DNA of 63,543 bases, filler included, from Stramenopiles sp. TOSAG23-6 (Eukaryota), in NCBI GenBank assembly GCA_900128565.1. It is 11 parts of 11 records of this genome, joined end to end, with 100 filler letters (N's around TTAATTAATTAA, not from the genome) between each part and the next. Parts side by side here need not be neighbours in the genome. Positions count along the whole stretch, not along the records: positions 1 to 6,751 come from LT636653.1; positions 6,852 to 13,593 come from LT636654.1; 9 more parts are not named here. The stretch is one strand, 5' to 3'. The notes beneath the pieces were generated by a model. It had not been told where the DNA came from. It saw only the letters and a program-made list of their open reading frames with translations, and searched no databases. Shown one piece after another: positions 1-10,996 of the stretch; within the stretch, counting starts at the first letter, position 1, and each line of letters starts with the position of its first letter. Made by a program: the position numbers and the translations under genes.

Positions 1-59
1 GAAATTTTGTACCTAACAAATTTTAGTTTTTTTTTTTGAAATATTTTTCCAAAAAGCAT

Positions 60-222
60 ACACCGTGCTAAACAAATAGGAGTGACTAAAAGTTTAGAAA
101 TAGGACCAGGTAACGTTCTTTCTGGATTAATGAGAGCTGAAGGAATTAAAAGTGTATCGTGTAATGGTGATCATCTTTGTGATTTGGCTAGTTTAAATGA
201 AATAGTAAAGTTTATGAAATGA
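60..222 (+). CDS. Terminal exon of malonyl-CoA:ACP transacylase (FabD/MCAT-like)
   Basis: Manual translation HRAKQIGVTKSLEIGPGNVLSGLMR...MK*; EIGPGxVLSGL is the FabD C-terminal motif; preceded by the 3' end of a family intron (1-59). Confidence 0.7.
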
Positions 223-283
223 TTAATAAAAAAAATGTTTTATTCTTTTATTCTACGTAAATTATTTAATCTTCATCATCTTA

Positions 284-3211
284 TCATAATTCTTCATCGT
301 CTTCGTATTCACTTCCCGTATACTCTTCATAAGAATCATCATCTTGATTATTTTTACCATCCGTTAGAATAGGAAAGTCTGAATTTTGAATTTGCTTTTC
401 ATTTTCATCATATACAAATTGTTTTGGGCCACTTTCAAAAATCAAACTTTTTCCGAAAATATAACTGAATTTTTCGAGTCGTAGCCATCGCCCGTATTGA
501 TCATTCCATTTTTCACGATTCGATTTCATCAATCCTCGCAATTTTGTTTTTCTTCGAAGATGGTGTTTTTTATACAATGTATTCAATTTTGTATTTATCC
601 CTTTTTTCGAAATATATAAAGGCAATAATGAAGCCAAAAAGATAAAACTTGCAATCATAAAAGTTGTTAAGATTGTACCATTTGTATCATTTTGAGTAAC
701 TCTATAATAACTATGTCTTACTTGCAAGCCTTTGCCATACGTTTCAACTCGTCCATTGAGTGGATCTCTTCGTAGAACATTGACATAATAACTGACATTA
801 TTCTTGACGTAAATATCTTCATACGCCCAACCTGATACAGTCCAATTACCACCACCATGACCACCTTCACTACCAGTACGATGCGCACTAGGTTCATTCA
901 TATTCAAACTATTTGTATTCCAAAGTCTTTCAGAAGCAGCAGCTACAGTCTCATATACACGAGAACTTGCCATGATATTTGATGGTTCGAAGTTACCGAT
1001 GCTCATCAAATATTTCAATCTTCTATTTCCTTCATTTTCTGATTTATTATCTGTACTATCCGTATTATCTGTATCCGTGACATTTCTATCTTTAAATGGC
1101 GTACTTTCATGACGATTTGTAGCTTGTATTGAAATACCATTTCTTTCAACACCACATCCTGTCCACATCACACAGTCAGTAGGTGGAACATTTACACCAC
1201 AAGAACCTCTCTCACGAATATTTGCGTTACAATCACTTCCATCTTCATGTATCAAAGTATGACCAAAACTATCCATTTCCGATTTGCAATCTGGCCGCTC
1301 AACATAATTTAATAAGTATTGCTCTCGCTCTACATTTGTAGTTTTCCAAAATACTCTAATCATAGGCAAATTTCTACTAGGAATTTCCACTGCACAAAGC
1401 GAGTCGACTAATACTGTTGGTACACATTTACCTTGGTGAGAAGTCTTGTTTTTATTTGTATTCAATGATTCTTTTGGTAATTCTGAACCATCTCGTGAAC
1501 TATCTAATAATCCCCATAACCATCCCGGTGATTTAGGAAGAACCCAATCAAAATTTACTATAGAATCCTTCTTTGTATCTGGTTGAAAATTACAGCAATG
1601 TAATAAACATTTCGATTCGTTGTCGTCAAAGTCGCTACACTTCATTGTACTATCTATGATTGCATCAGTCATGTTGACATAAAGAGGATGTGCATTTGGT
1701 ACATGAAGAGATTGGGCATAGGTATAATCTTGTACACCTATAGGATTGGCATCACTTAATGTACTTGCATCATTTGCCTTGAGTTCGACACTTACTGAAA
1801 ATGAACTCGATGATAATCCATACACGGATATTAACCATCCCCCATGGGTTACTGGTAGAGATATAGTTTGTATTGAAGAAACGTAGTTAGATTGACTTAC
1901 AATAGGTGAATGACTTACAGGTCGGTATTTAGAACTGATTTGAAGTTTGAGTCCTCCGAGATCTGTTATTGATGCTTTTGTCAATGTAAGAACTATTTCA
2001 CATGCAGAATCACATTGTGCTTGAAGTATTGAACTCTGACTTCCTAAAATATTTATTTCAAGAATAATATCATCAGAATCAGTTAACTCTGTTTCAAATT
2101 TTATCTGCGTAGATGTAATTCCAAATCCTGCAACATTTGCAATTTTTTCTTTCAAACTTATTAAAGTAGCATTATCTTTCATTTTCGATACTATGTTATC
2201 TCCTGTAGCTTTTAAACGAATGATCACATCCTTTATTCCATGAAACCCCCAACAATTTTCACCAAAATTTAAAGCAGGATATTTAACAGAAGAATGTGAT
2301 AAAGCTTCAGCAGCCGCAATATCCGCAGCTTCTTTTGCCTTTTCTATTGCAGCATTTACATCCACTGTACCAAGACCATCATTTTGAGCCTTTACCTTTG
2401 CATCAAAGAGTGTCTTTGATCTCGCAGTGTTTTCAGCTGAATACCTTTCAATATCAACCAAAAAGTCATCAGGTCCTTGTGGTAAATATCCAGTATTCTT
2501 ATCTGGAAATGGCCACGTCATTTTAGATCGAGTACCCTTTACCGTTGTGTTGTTCCCAGTATGTGATGCCGGAGGTGTAGTTTCGAATAATTGCCACATT
2601 TTTTGTCCTTTCCAAAGAATTTGTGGTTTCACAAAAATTTCAGATAAACCAGAACAAGGTTCCAGTTTAAATGTAATAGTAGCACCACTTGGGTTGTGTA
2701 GTGCTTTTATATTCTCTGCGTCTAAAACATAGTGATAATGTTTATATCCACCAACATCAACGGTATCTCTAATTTCATCCCAATAACCAGAAAGAGGAAT
2801 ACATTTAATACCTTTCTCTACAGTAACTTTCTCTTCTTTTAAGTCTTTATCAAACACTCGTTTTTCATATGACAACATAGAGTTTGGGTTTTTATACAAT
2901 TTTGCTGTACTAAGAGAGTTTATCCCTGAAATTTGTAAATCTTTTCCATCAAGTAATCCCAGAGGATCTTCACAGGCTTTATAACGATAAGGGAATAAAT
3001 GAGGGTCTTTCAGACCAATATCCATCCCAGTATCGGAAAGATCTGTGGGTTGTTGAACAATTAATATATCTGATGGATTTTGAGAGTATGCTACATTAGT
3101 TGCAATAACTATTCCCACTTGAGCATTGGGTAGAGTTATGAAAAAGTTATACACAAAGAAGACATTAAATGCAAATATTACTACACCACAACTATTGCGA
3201 AAGCAGGACAT
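284..3211 (-). CDS. Large single-pass membrane protein of unknown function
   Basis: ~975 aa intronless ORF; hydrophobic N-terminus, Cys-containing ectodomain, TM segment (ILTTFMIASFIFLASLLPLYI), basic then acidic tail. Confidence 0.7.
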   Translation of the reverse strand: MSCFRNSCGVVIFAFNVFFVYNFFITLPNAQVGIVIATNVAYSQNPSDILIVQQPTDLSDTGMDIGLKDPHLFPYRYKACEDPLGLLDGKDLQISGINSLSTAKLYKNPNSMLSYEKRVFDKDLKEEKVTVEKGIKCIPLSGYWDEIRDTVDVGGYKHYHYVLDAENIKALHNPSGATITFKLEPCSGLSEIFVKPQILWKGQKMWQLFETTPPASHTGNNTTVKGTRSKMTWPFPDKNTGYLPQGPDDFLVDIERYSAENTARSKTLFDAKVKAQNDGLGTVDVNAAIEKAKEAADIAAAEALSHSSVKYPALNFGENCWGFHGIKDVIIRLKATGDNIVSKMKDNATLISLKEKIANVAGFGITSTQIKFETELTDSDDIILEINILGSQSSILQAQCDSACEIVLTLTKASITDLGGLKLQISSKYRPVSHSPIVSQSNYVSSIQTISLPVTHGGWLISVYGLSSSSFSVSVELKANDASTLSDANPIGVQDYTYAQSLHVPNAHPLYVNMTDAIIDSTMKCSDFDDNESKCLLHCCNFQPDTKKDSIVNFDWVLPKSPGWLWGLLDSSRDGSELPKESLNTNKNKTSHQGKCVPTVLVDSLCAVEIPSRNLPMIRVFWKTTNVEREQYLLNYVERPDCKSEMDSFGHTLIHEDGSDCNANIRERGSCGVNVPPTDCVMWTGCGVERNGISIQATNRHESTPFKDRNVTDTDNTDSTDNKSENEGNRRLKYLMSIGNFEPSNIMASSRVYETVAAASERLWNTNSLNMNEPSAHRTGSEGGHGGGNWTVSGWAYEDIYVKNNVSYYVNVLRRDPLNGRVETYGKGLQVRHSYYRVTQNDTNGTILTTFMIASFIFLASLLPLYISKKGINTKLNTLYKKHHLRRKTKLRGLMKSNREKWNDQYGRWLRLEKFSYIFGKSLIFESGPKQFVYDENEKQIQNSDFPILTDGKNNQDDDSYEEYTGSEYEDDEEL

Positions 3212-3532
3212 CTTTTTGAAAATCACAAGGTTATGATTCTGCAATTATTTGATTTGTTTATTGGTTATTATTGAAGAATTGACATTGTTAAATGAATTTT
3301 ACCTATAATTACCGGCAGTAGTAGTGTGTAAGCAAAAATAAATACTGTCAAATACTCTCAAGTTCGACGGTTTCGTACTATAGGTACCGGGTATCGGTAT
3401 TTCAATTAAGAATATTTATTGTTAAATGTCAACAAACAATGAATGAAAGATGAAAGTAAAAGTGTCAATACATTAATTCACAGATCTGATAGTAGAATGA
3501 AGACCAAAAATTTATAAAATAAAGACTCCAAT

Positions 3533-3868
3533 TTACTTTTTGTCTTTCTTTTTCTTCTTTTTCTTCTTCTTCTTCGTATCAAGATTAGCCATTAAATCTT
3601 CTATAGACGCATCTTTTCCTTTACTCTTTGCGGCTTTCGCAGCAAGTTTCTTCTCAGCTTGTCTATCTGCGATCTCTTTCTTTTTTTTCGCTTCCTCTCT
3701 CAAGCGTTTCACTTCCTCGCGCTTTGCTTTAGCATCTGAAGCTTTGTCTGCGTTAAACGCACGGTCTCCTATTCCCGATTTACCACCACCGCCAGCTGCT
3801 TCAGCAGCAGCTTTGGCTTGATTCCGTGCCCTAGCAGTAGCTGATTTTTGTCCATTTCCTCCTCCCAT
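3533..3868 (-). CDS. Small basic SERF/4F5 (At2g23090-like N-terminus) protein
   Basis: MGGGNGQKSATARARN start, Lys-rich. Confidence 0.65.
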   Translation of the reverse strand: MGGGNGQKSATARARNQAKAAAEAAGGGGKSGIGDRAFNADKASDAKAKREEVKRLREEAKKKKEIADRQAEKKLAAKAAKSKGKDASIEDLMANLDTKKKKKKKKKKDKK

Positions 3869-4347
3869 AGTATTCTTGAACTGCTTCTTTGAATTAAAAT
3901 GTGTGCTTATTCGTGACGTTCACTGTAAAAATTTAGACACCGTGGTTACTAATATTTGTGTATTGTGGTGGTGTGCTCTGTGCTGCTGCTCTGTGCGCTG
4001 CTGAATAAATACGTTCACTTCCGTTCACTTTTTCGCACTGGATGAAAAAGCGAGAATTGCGATTGCCGGATTGGTACAAAAATCCGTACCTAAACCAAAA
4101 AAAGAAAAATATATCGGTTAGAAAAAAAAACAAAAAGATTACTACCTACGATACACACTATAGTTGTTGTTGTTGTTGTTGTTGTTATTGTAGACCCTGA
4201 TTATCAAGGTGACAAATTATTTGCAGTCTTTTTCGATTTTATTGTTAGAATGAAAAAACATTGATTCATTGTACGATTAGCCCTTTGCGAGGATTCTGTA
4301 TCATAGTCAAATTAGTTAGTATATAGTATATAGTAAAGTAGTAGATA

Positions 4348-6314
4348 ATGGCAAAAGTAGTACAATCGAGAGAGACAAAAACAATACAGGCATTGGACAT
4401 TCGCGCTCGCGCATCAAGCGACCCTCTTGATTATACTCCAACATTTCTACGACATAGTTCTAAAAATAGAGATCAGAAAACCATAGTTGTATCAGATATT
4501 CATAATAGTAGTAATGGTAGTGAAATAATGGGCTTTTCGCCTGACGAAAAAGTAAACCTTCGTTCAAAAATAGCTCTTGGTATTGGTGAAGCAGCGCAAA
4601 CAATATGGGTACTTGTTGCTGGATTTTATCTTAATATTTTTCTTCTAGAAACATTGTGTATGTCAACGTCAACGGTTGGTATATTTCAACTCTGTGGGGG
4701 AATTTGGGACACAATTAATGATCCGTGCATAGGAATACTTAGTGATAAAACAAATACTCGTTTTGGTCGACGCCGGCCGTGGCTTCTAGGTGCTGCTATC
4801 CCTGCAGGGTTTTCCTATTTTTGTATTTGGATAGGACCAGATATGGGAGAAACAAGTTTATTTGCGTATTGTTTGACTTGTTATATGTTAATATCAGCAA
4901 GCATCACTTCGATTCAAGTTCAAATATCGTCTCGTACGTTTTCAAAATTGATTTTTGTACCTACAGTTTTTTTCATAGACAATTTTGTACCTAACAATTT
5001 TTTTTTTNCGAAAAAAAAAAAAAAATATCTCTTCACAAAATTTTCACTCCAGAGTTAACGCGTGATTATGATGAAAGAACTGAGCTTGCCATGTGGCGAT
5101 TAGGTATTGGCAATGTACTTGGATTAATTGCTGTGTTTTTACATTCACTTATAGTTCAAGCTTATCCTGAAAGTTCAAAATTGGATGGATTTCGAATTTC
5201 AGGTTTTGTGATGGGAACAGCAATTTCTTGTTTCGCACTTTTTGCATTTTTCAATATTAAGGAAAAATTTGATATATCAACAGAGTCAAAGGACGAAATA
5301 CCTTTTCTAGTTGGTTTAAGACATGTTTTTTCCAACTTTGCTTTTATTTGTGTTGAGGGTGTTTATTTATTTGGTCTAACCGCAGTGGTGATAGTGCAGA
5401 CAAATCTAGTATTATTCTGTAAATATATTTTAGAAGATGAAAGTCAGGTTTCTTATCTAATTTTACTTGTCCAAGGAATGGCAATGTTGTCTCTTCCCTT
5501 TTGGAATTGGTTCAGCCAAAAGTATAACAAAAAAATAATGTACCATGTTGGTTCACTAGTAGTTGCAATATCATTAGGAATGATGTTTTTAATTGATAAA
5601 GGGGATATAATATTTGGATATTTCATAGCCGGTGCACTTGGTTTTTGTCTGACTGTTGTTTATTTAGTACCGTACGCAATGTTACCAGATGTTATTGAAG
5701 AAGATGAATTGAGAACTGGTAAAAGACGAGAAGGCATATATTGTGGCTTTTTTGTTGTATTTATGAAACTATCAGTCACAGGATCTTTAGCTCTTTCAAA
5801 TTTTGTACTTGGTATTTCAGGTTATAAATCCCCAACTGCTTTGTGTAGCACAGTGTCAACTGATTTGAAAGCAACTGAGTTTTTAGAAACTCAAAAGGAT
5901 TCAGTTTTGTTGGCAATTAGATTAATGATAAGCCCTGTGGCTATTGTGTTTCTAATAGGGGCAAATATTTGTGTACGAAATTATCCAATTACTCGAGAAA
6001 GCCACGCGAAATCTGTAGAATTAGTAAAAGCTAGGAAACAACATGCAAGCCAGGAAAAAACAAATATAAAAACAATGCGTTCTTTAGGAGCCATTGACGG
6101 TTTGAATACATTGGGTGAAACAAAATGTAGTACTCAACATATTGGATTTGGGAAATTACCCGTGGCTGTAAATGATGTAGGTATACGAATTCATGGAGAT
6201 ATTGAATTTGGGAAATTACCCGTGGCTGTAAATGATGTAGGTATACGACTTCATGGAGATATTGAAGATCATGATGAAAGAGATAATGTTAATGATAATG
6301 ACATTGAAAATTAA
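4348..6314 (+). CDS. MFS glycoside-pentoside-hexuronide:cation symporter (MFSD2/MelB-like); exons 4348-4933 and 5044-6314
   Basis: WDTINDPCIG, TRFGRRRPW, MLPDVIEEDELRTGKRREG motifs; splicing restores SSLTPELTRDYDERT. Confidence 0.9.
4934..5043 (+). other. Family intron, inferred GT-TT
   Basis: GTACGTTTT start, TACCTAAC, end 21 nt from AAATAT; restores LTPELT. An in-frame AG at 5052 would delete the conserved LTPE. Confidence 0.7.
6145..6267 (+). repeat. 60-bp tandem duplication in the MFS C-terminal tail
   Basis: FGKLPVAVNDVGIR(I/L)HGDIE occurs twice. Confidence 0.9.
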
Positions 6315-6418
6315 AATGTAATGTAAAGGTATTTAAAATAGTAACATATGAAGTAAAATATGAAGTATAATGAAATCAAATTAATTTGATGAGCAAATTT
6401 ATATATTAATTTGTTTTC

Positions 6419-6751
6419 TTAAAATTTGACTTTATTCAATAAATTTAAAGATACTTCAATTCCTTCTATATACAAACAACTTTTCTTTACAAAAACTCTT
6501 TTTGTGTTATATTTTGCTTCATATTTTGCCAAATATTCATTCATTACTTTGAGTAAATCTGTATATGAAGATTGTTTCTTTTTCAAAACTCTATAAAAGG
6601 CAACGATTGTAATCCAAATAATATGTTCTACAACAATTCTCATTTGCGATGGAAACGAATTTGTTTTATTGTTTTCATTTCGATTTGTTTCATTATTTTG
6701 CGATGGAAACGAATTTGTTTTATTGTTTTCATTTCGATTTGTTTCATTATT
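6419..6751 (-). CDS. 3' fragment of a gene cut by the contig end
   Basis: Open frame running to stop at 6419. Confidence 0.45.
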   Translation of the reverse strand, partial: NNETNRNENNKTNSFPSQNNETNRNENNKTNSFPSQMRIVVEHIIWITIVAFYRVLKKKQSSYTDLLKVMNEYLAKYEAKYNTKRVFVKKSCLYIEGIEVSLNLLNKVKF

Positions 6752-6851
6752 NNNNNNNNNNNNNNNNNNNNNNNNNNNNNNNNNNNNNNNNNNNNTTAAT
6801 TAATTAANNNNNNNNNNNNNNNNNNNNNNNNNNNNNNNNNNNNNNNNNNNN
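6752..6851. other. Artificial contig linker (also 13594, 20433, 27260, 34085, 40901, 47711, 54512, 61309, 62427)
   Basis: N44-TTAATTAATTAA-N44 six-frame stop spacer. Confidence 0.98.
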
Positions 6852-6917
6852 CGTACGAAATTTTGTACCTAACAATTTTTTTTAGATTTTTTTTTGAAAT
6901 ATTTTTTCAAAATACAT

Positions 6918-9188
6918 ATACACCCATGACTAATTGTCTCACTCAGGTGAAAAGAGCCGTTGGTGTTTTATTACTACAACCGAGAAATAATCGAAGAAAT
7001 GGTGGACGAAACCCTAACCCTAATTCTGATGGGAAACTAAATATCACAAATGGTAGTGTTAAGCCTACTATACTATCAGATCCATCAGAAATATTCCGAG
7101 AAACAGGTAAAATTACTTCACTCAAAGAATCGTATGTTTTTTTTTGTAAACCCTAACCCTATTAGTATGAATTTCAAATTTTTAACTTTTTTTTTTTTTT
7201 TAAATTTTTTTTAATTTTTTTTTTTTAATTTTTTTTTGTACTATGAAAATTTGGTACCTAACATTTTTTTTTTTACTGAAAAAAAAAAAAAAAAAAATAT
7301 TCCTTCACAATACATCTTTGGTTTTATCAAGTCCACTGAAAGAACAAAAGATGTTTTTTTTCATTTTTCAGATATTCTTCCAAATTATAATCCTACAATC
7401 AATGATGATGACACTCTTACCCCTAACCCTAGGGTTAACCCTAACCCTAGCACAACGTCTACAAGTAGGAAAATGTTATCTAAAAGTCAAATTTTAGCCA
7501 TAGAACAAGGCAAAAAGGCAATGCATCCTGATGTATGTATCCCGGAAACACCGTTTCAAGTAGGATCAGAAGTTGAGTTTGAGCTTAAAAATTGTAACCC
7601 TAACCCTAACCATCATTCAGGACATTCAGAACGGCGTTCAAATCGAAAAGAGAGATTGACGGCTACCCGCATATGCTTATTGCCACGTGGCACTATTAGT
7701 TTTGATGAAATTGTTGCTGAGAATGTCATTTGTACGATCAAAAGAGCTTTGCTTCAAACAAATACATGTACGTTTTATTTTTTTTTTTTNAAATTTTTTT
7801 TTTGAATTTTTTTTCATACGAAATTTTGTACCTAACAAATTTAAATATTTTTTTTTGAAATATTTTTTCACAATACATCACGACATTCAAAAAAACAGAA
7901 TAATAAGGGAGGTCGTGGTCTTATTGGATGGATGTGTTCAAACGATTTTGAGCAAACGTTTTCGAAGAATCAATCGAATCTTTCTACTAACCCTAACCCT
8001 TCTAATAATTCCAAGGTTGATAACCCTAACCCTAATTCTAAGGTCGATAACCCTAACCCTAATTATAAGGTTGATAACCCTAACCCTAATTATAAGGTAG
8101 ATTCAACTTTAGTTTCAACATTGTCTACTATTTCTAATCATTCAATGGTAGATTCAAAAATGACGTCATCATCGAAACAACAAAACAAATGCATTAATCT
8201 CTATTTTACTGCACGAGATGTAAACAAAGTAAATGGTGAAAATGTTGCAAAAACGCTTAACCCAATGGATGAAATTAAATGTATGTATTATTTTTTTTCA
8301 ATTTTTTTTTTTACAAAAAAATCGAATTTTTTTTTTTTTTTTTTGGTAAAAAAATTTTGTACCTAACAATTTTTTTCAAATTTTTTTTTTTGAAATATTT
8401 TTCCAAAATTCAGGGACGCTCCGACTCATTCTTAAAAATGAAGGTGAGATTTGGCCAATTTTAAATTATATTTCTAATTTATATGAAAACAACACGAAAA
8501 ACAGTGAAACATTTATGTATTCGTATTTAGATCTAAAAAATAAAATTAGGAAAAAATTTGGTACAAAAATGTGGAATTCGTGTAAAACACGAATTCAAGA
8601 GTTTTTAGTATTATTATCCAAAGAATACGAAATGAAACATAAAACAAAAGAGGAAAATCCAAAAAATCCAAAAAATGAATTACATCAAAAAAGATTTTTA
8701 CATATGACTTCAAATGTATATTTTATTTTCAATTTCGAATTTATTTTTTTTTTGGTTTTTTGGTTTTTATAAAAATTTTGTACCTAACGATTTTTTTAAA
8801 TTTTTTTTTGAAATATTTTTCCAAAACAAATGCTATCACTAAAGCGACTATCGCCTCTGCATCTAGAAACGGTTACATACGTCACAAAAATCTTACCCCT
8901 ACAAATGACACGTGTCAAAAAAACACGGAACAAAGAAAAAAAAGTAGAATGTTTATTCCAACGGTACATAATGAGGGTATGCACTGGTTGTACGTATAAT
9001 TTTCATTATGATTTTTTTTTTTTTTTGAAATTTTTTTTTGGTATGAAATTGTGTACCTAACTTTTTTTTTTTTTTTGAAATATTGTAACAAAAACATACC
9101 AATTGTATTAAAAAAAGTTCCATTGACACCATTGTATATTCAATCAGCAATGGGGCTTCGAGTATGCATAGATATGGATCCACATTAA
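6918..9188 (+). CDS. Cold-shock-domain (CSDE1/UNR-like) protein, partial, multi-exon: 6918-7131, 7316-7767, 7879-8280, 8414-8715, 8832-8989, 9098-9188. Exons after 8413 may belong to another gene
   Basis: GKITSLKESFGFIKSTERTKDVFFHFSD, VGSEVEF, ATRICLLPRGTISFDE; all five junctions are phase-compatible. Confidence 0.7.
7132..7315 (+). other. Family intron GT-AT
   Basis: Restores the RNP1-like motif LKESFGFI; no AG is available before that motif. Confidence 0.85.
7768..7878 (+). other. Family intron GT-AT
   Basis: Phase 1; joins ORF 7236 to ORF 7932. Confidence 0.75.
8281..8413 (+). other. Family intron GT-AG
   Basis: Same internal motifs; ends TTCAG; phase 1 into ORF 8515 frame. Confidence 0.75.
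8716..8831 (+). other. Family intron GT-AT
   Basis: Phase 0; joins ORF 8515 to ORF 8760 frame. Confidence 0.7.
8990..9097 (+). other. Family intron GT-AT
   Basis: Phase 2 into a short terminal exon. Confidence 0.6.
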
Positions 9189-9493
9189 TCCACATTAAAC
9201 ATTACTATTTACAATAAAAAAAAAAAAATTGTTTAAAATTGTAAAAATTTCGTTTATTAGAAAATTTAGATGGGACTATGTCATTCTTCATATTATCCCA
9301 ACTTATCTAACAAATTCAACTCAATTATCATGGTGTTTTTCATATCGTATATATGAATGAATATATATCCCAAATCATCATTAATAATAATGAAAACATA
9401 AGTACGTACAAAATTTGTCAATTTTTTGGAAAATATCCAAAATATCCAAAATATCCAAAAAAAAAAGCATTTTGCTCAAATCCTCAAAGAGTT

Positions 9494-10697
9494 CTAGCTG
9501 TATCCTCTCCCTTCACATACTTTTCGTTGGTTGTTAAAAGGATTCATTGGAGGTTTATAAATTGTGCGGAAATTAGGAATTGGAGTATTTTTATTCCAGA
9601 CAACTTTGGTTCCTTCTGTATGTATTTTGGAAAAATACTTCAAAAAAAAATTTTTTAAAAAATCGTTAGGTACGAAATTTCGTATGAAAAATAAATTTGA
9701 TTTTTTTGTTAAAAAAAAAAAAAATACATCTGTATGAGTGCCACATCTTTCTAAGTAGTTTTTGTCAGCATATTTCTCGATGAATAAAAGACCAAGGTAT
9801 GTTGTGTCAAAGAATATTTAACAAATCTGATTTTTTGTTAGGTATATATAGTATTGTATATAGTATAAACATAGAAGTACATTTGAAATTAAGAATGGAA
9901 ATGTACATGAAGCAGCTTCTTTGCACCATACAATGTCCATTGTATAAGCGTCTGGAGGGCAGGCACTGTCCAATCCTGTTTCATGCACCACATAATAGCT
10001 TTGTGTTGTTTTGAATGTCAAGAAGTGTAACATGTAAATAAAAATATCATCAAAATATAAAAAACATTCAATGCATACCCATCATCGTATACAACATACG
10101 TTCTGTTATGTGCATTATATTTTAATCTTTAATTGAATGGTTAAAATGAAAAATGATGTAATAATCAAAATATGTAGGATATGGTGAAAGAGAAAAGACG
10201 AACCTCGGTGTAGGTGTGGGTGCAGTTGTGGGTGGAGGAGGAGGCGGTCCCGGTGTTGGCGCAGGCGTTGGTTGGTTCAAGGCTTTAAGAAGATCCATTT
10301 GCAAACCCTCAAGCCGATTTTGGACTTTTTGGATTTCAGAATCGGCTTTCTTTATTGGGTCGTATCTCGGGGGAGGTGGGCCAAGTCTACCATTACCCAC
10401 AAATAGTGGAACGCTGTCCATTCCATGTGGTAGAGGATCACAACCACCGTCACAACCTTTAGATGGAGTATCATCTACAGCAATTGGTGATGTCAAAGGA
10501 TCTGCCGTTGTCTTACCCACCGATTGCTCTGATGAAGCTCTTTGTGCTTCTGAAATGTGTTCTTTATGAGTTGCAGAAACGCGATTGCGAACAAGTTCCA
10601 TTTGTTTCGTTTGAAGAATCTTTGACTTTGAAACTTTTATCGCATTACTTTGGAAAAAAATCATCATAAGAACTGTACATATTTGTATGACTCGCAT
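9494..10697 (-). CDS. Secreted Pro-rich/Cys-domain protein; exons 10697-10204, 10102-10079, 9998-9907, 9798-9728, 9619-9494
   Basis: Signal peptide MRVIQICTVLMMIFFQSNA; spliced C-terminus CPPDAYTMDIVWCKEAASYLGLLFIEK...CGTHTDTEGTKVVWNKN; two canonical GT-AG introns (10103-10203, 9999-10078) plus two family introns. Confidence 0.65.
9620..9727 (-). other. Family intron GT-AT
   Basis: Phase 0; open frames on both sides. Confidence 0.65.
9799..9906 (-). other. Divergent family intron GT-AT
   Basis: GTACATTT...TACCTAAC...AAATAT-15nt; gives CKEAASYLGL. Confidence 0.65.
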
Positions 10698-10996
10698 TCT
10701 CTGTTTTGCTGTGCACGTAAAATGGATACACTTACGATTACTCACAATGTTAGAGGCCAATCGATGAGGGTAAGGTACGAACGACAATACAAAAAGAGAA
10801 TTAAAATTTGAATTTTTTTGGAATTTCAAAATTTCAAAAAAAAAATGTAGCGCAAAACTGCTTCAAAAGCGAACGCAAACAAACTTATAATTAATTAAAT
10901 TTTTTATTAAAATTTTTATTAAAAATTCCATGCTACGTCCGCAACATTGGAATGCAACCCTTTTCAACGTTTTTGTATAAAATCAAATATAACCAA

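Noticed and set aside
4934-5043. Alternative genetic code or pseudogenes explaining broken ORFs
   Set aside because: Long ORFs read normally and breaks coincide with the inserts, whose removal restores frame
6644-6751. 54-bp tandem repeat at the contig end
   Set aside because: Single copy in the duplicate contig; probably an end artefact
6796-6807. Recurrent TTAATTAATTAA motif
   Set aside because: Artificial scaffolding linker
7132-9097. Regularly spaced repeats as a CRISPR array
   Set aside because: The spacers are in-frame eukaryotic exons, the repeats are degenerate, and no cas genes are present
9612-9737. 6-8 bp target-site duplication (CATACAGA) around one intron
   Set aside because: Not reproduced at other family members; likely chance
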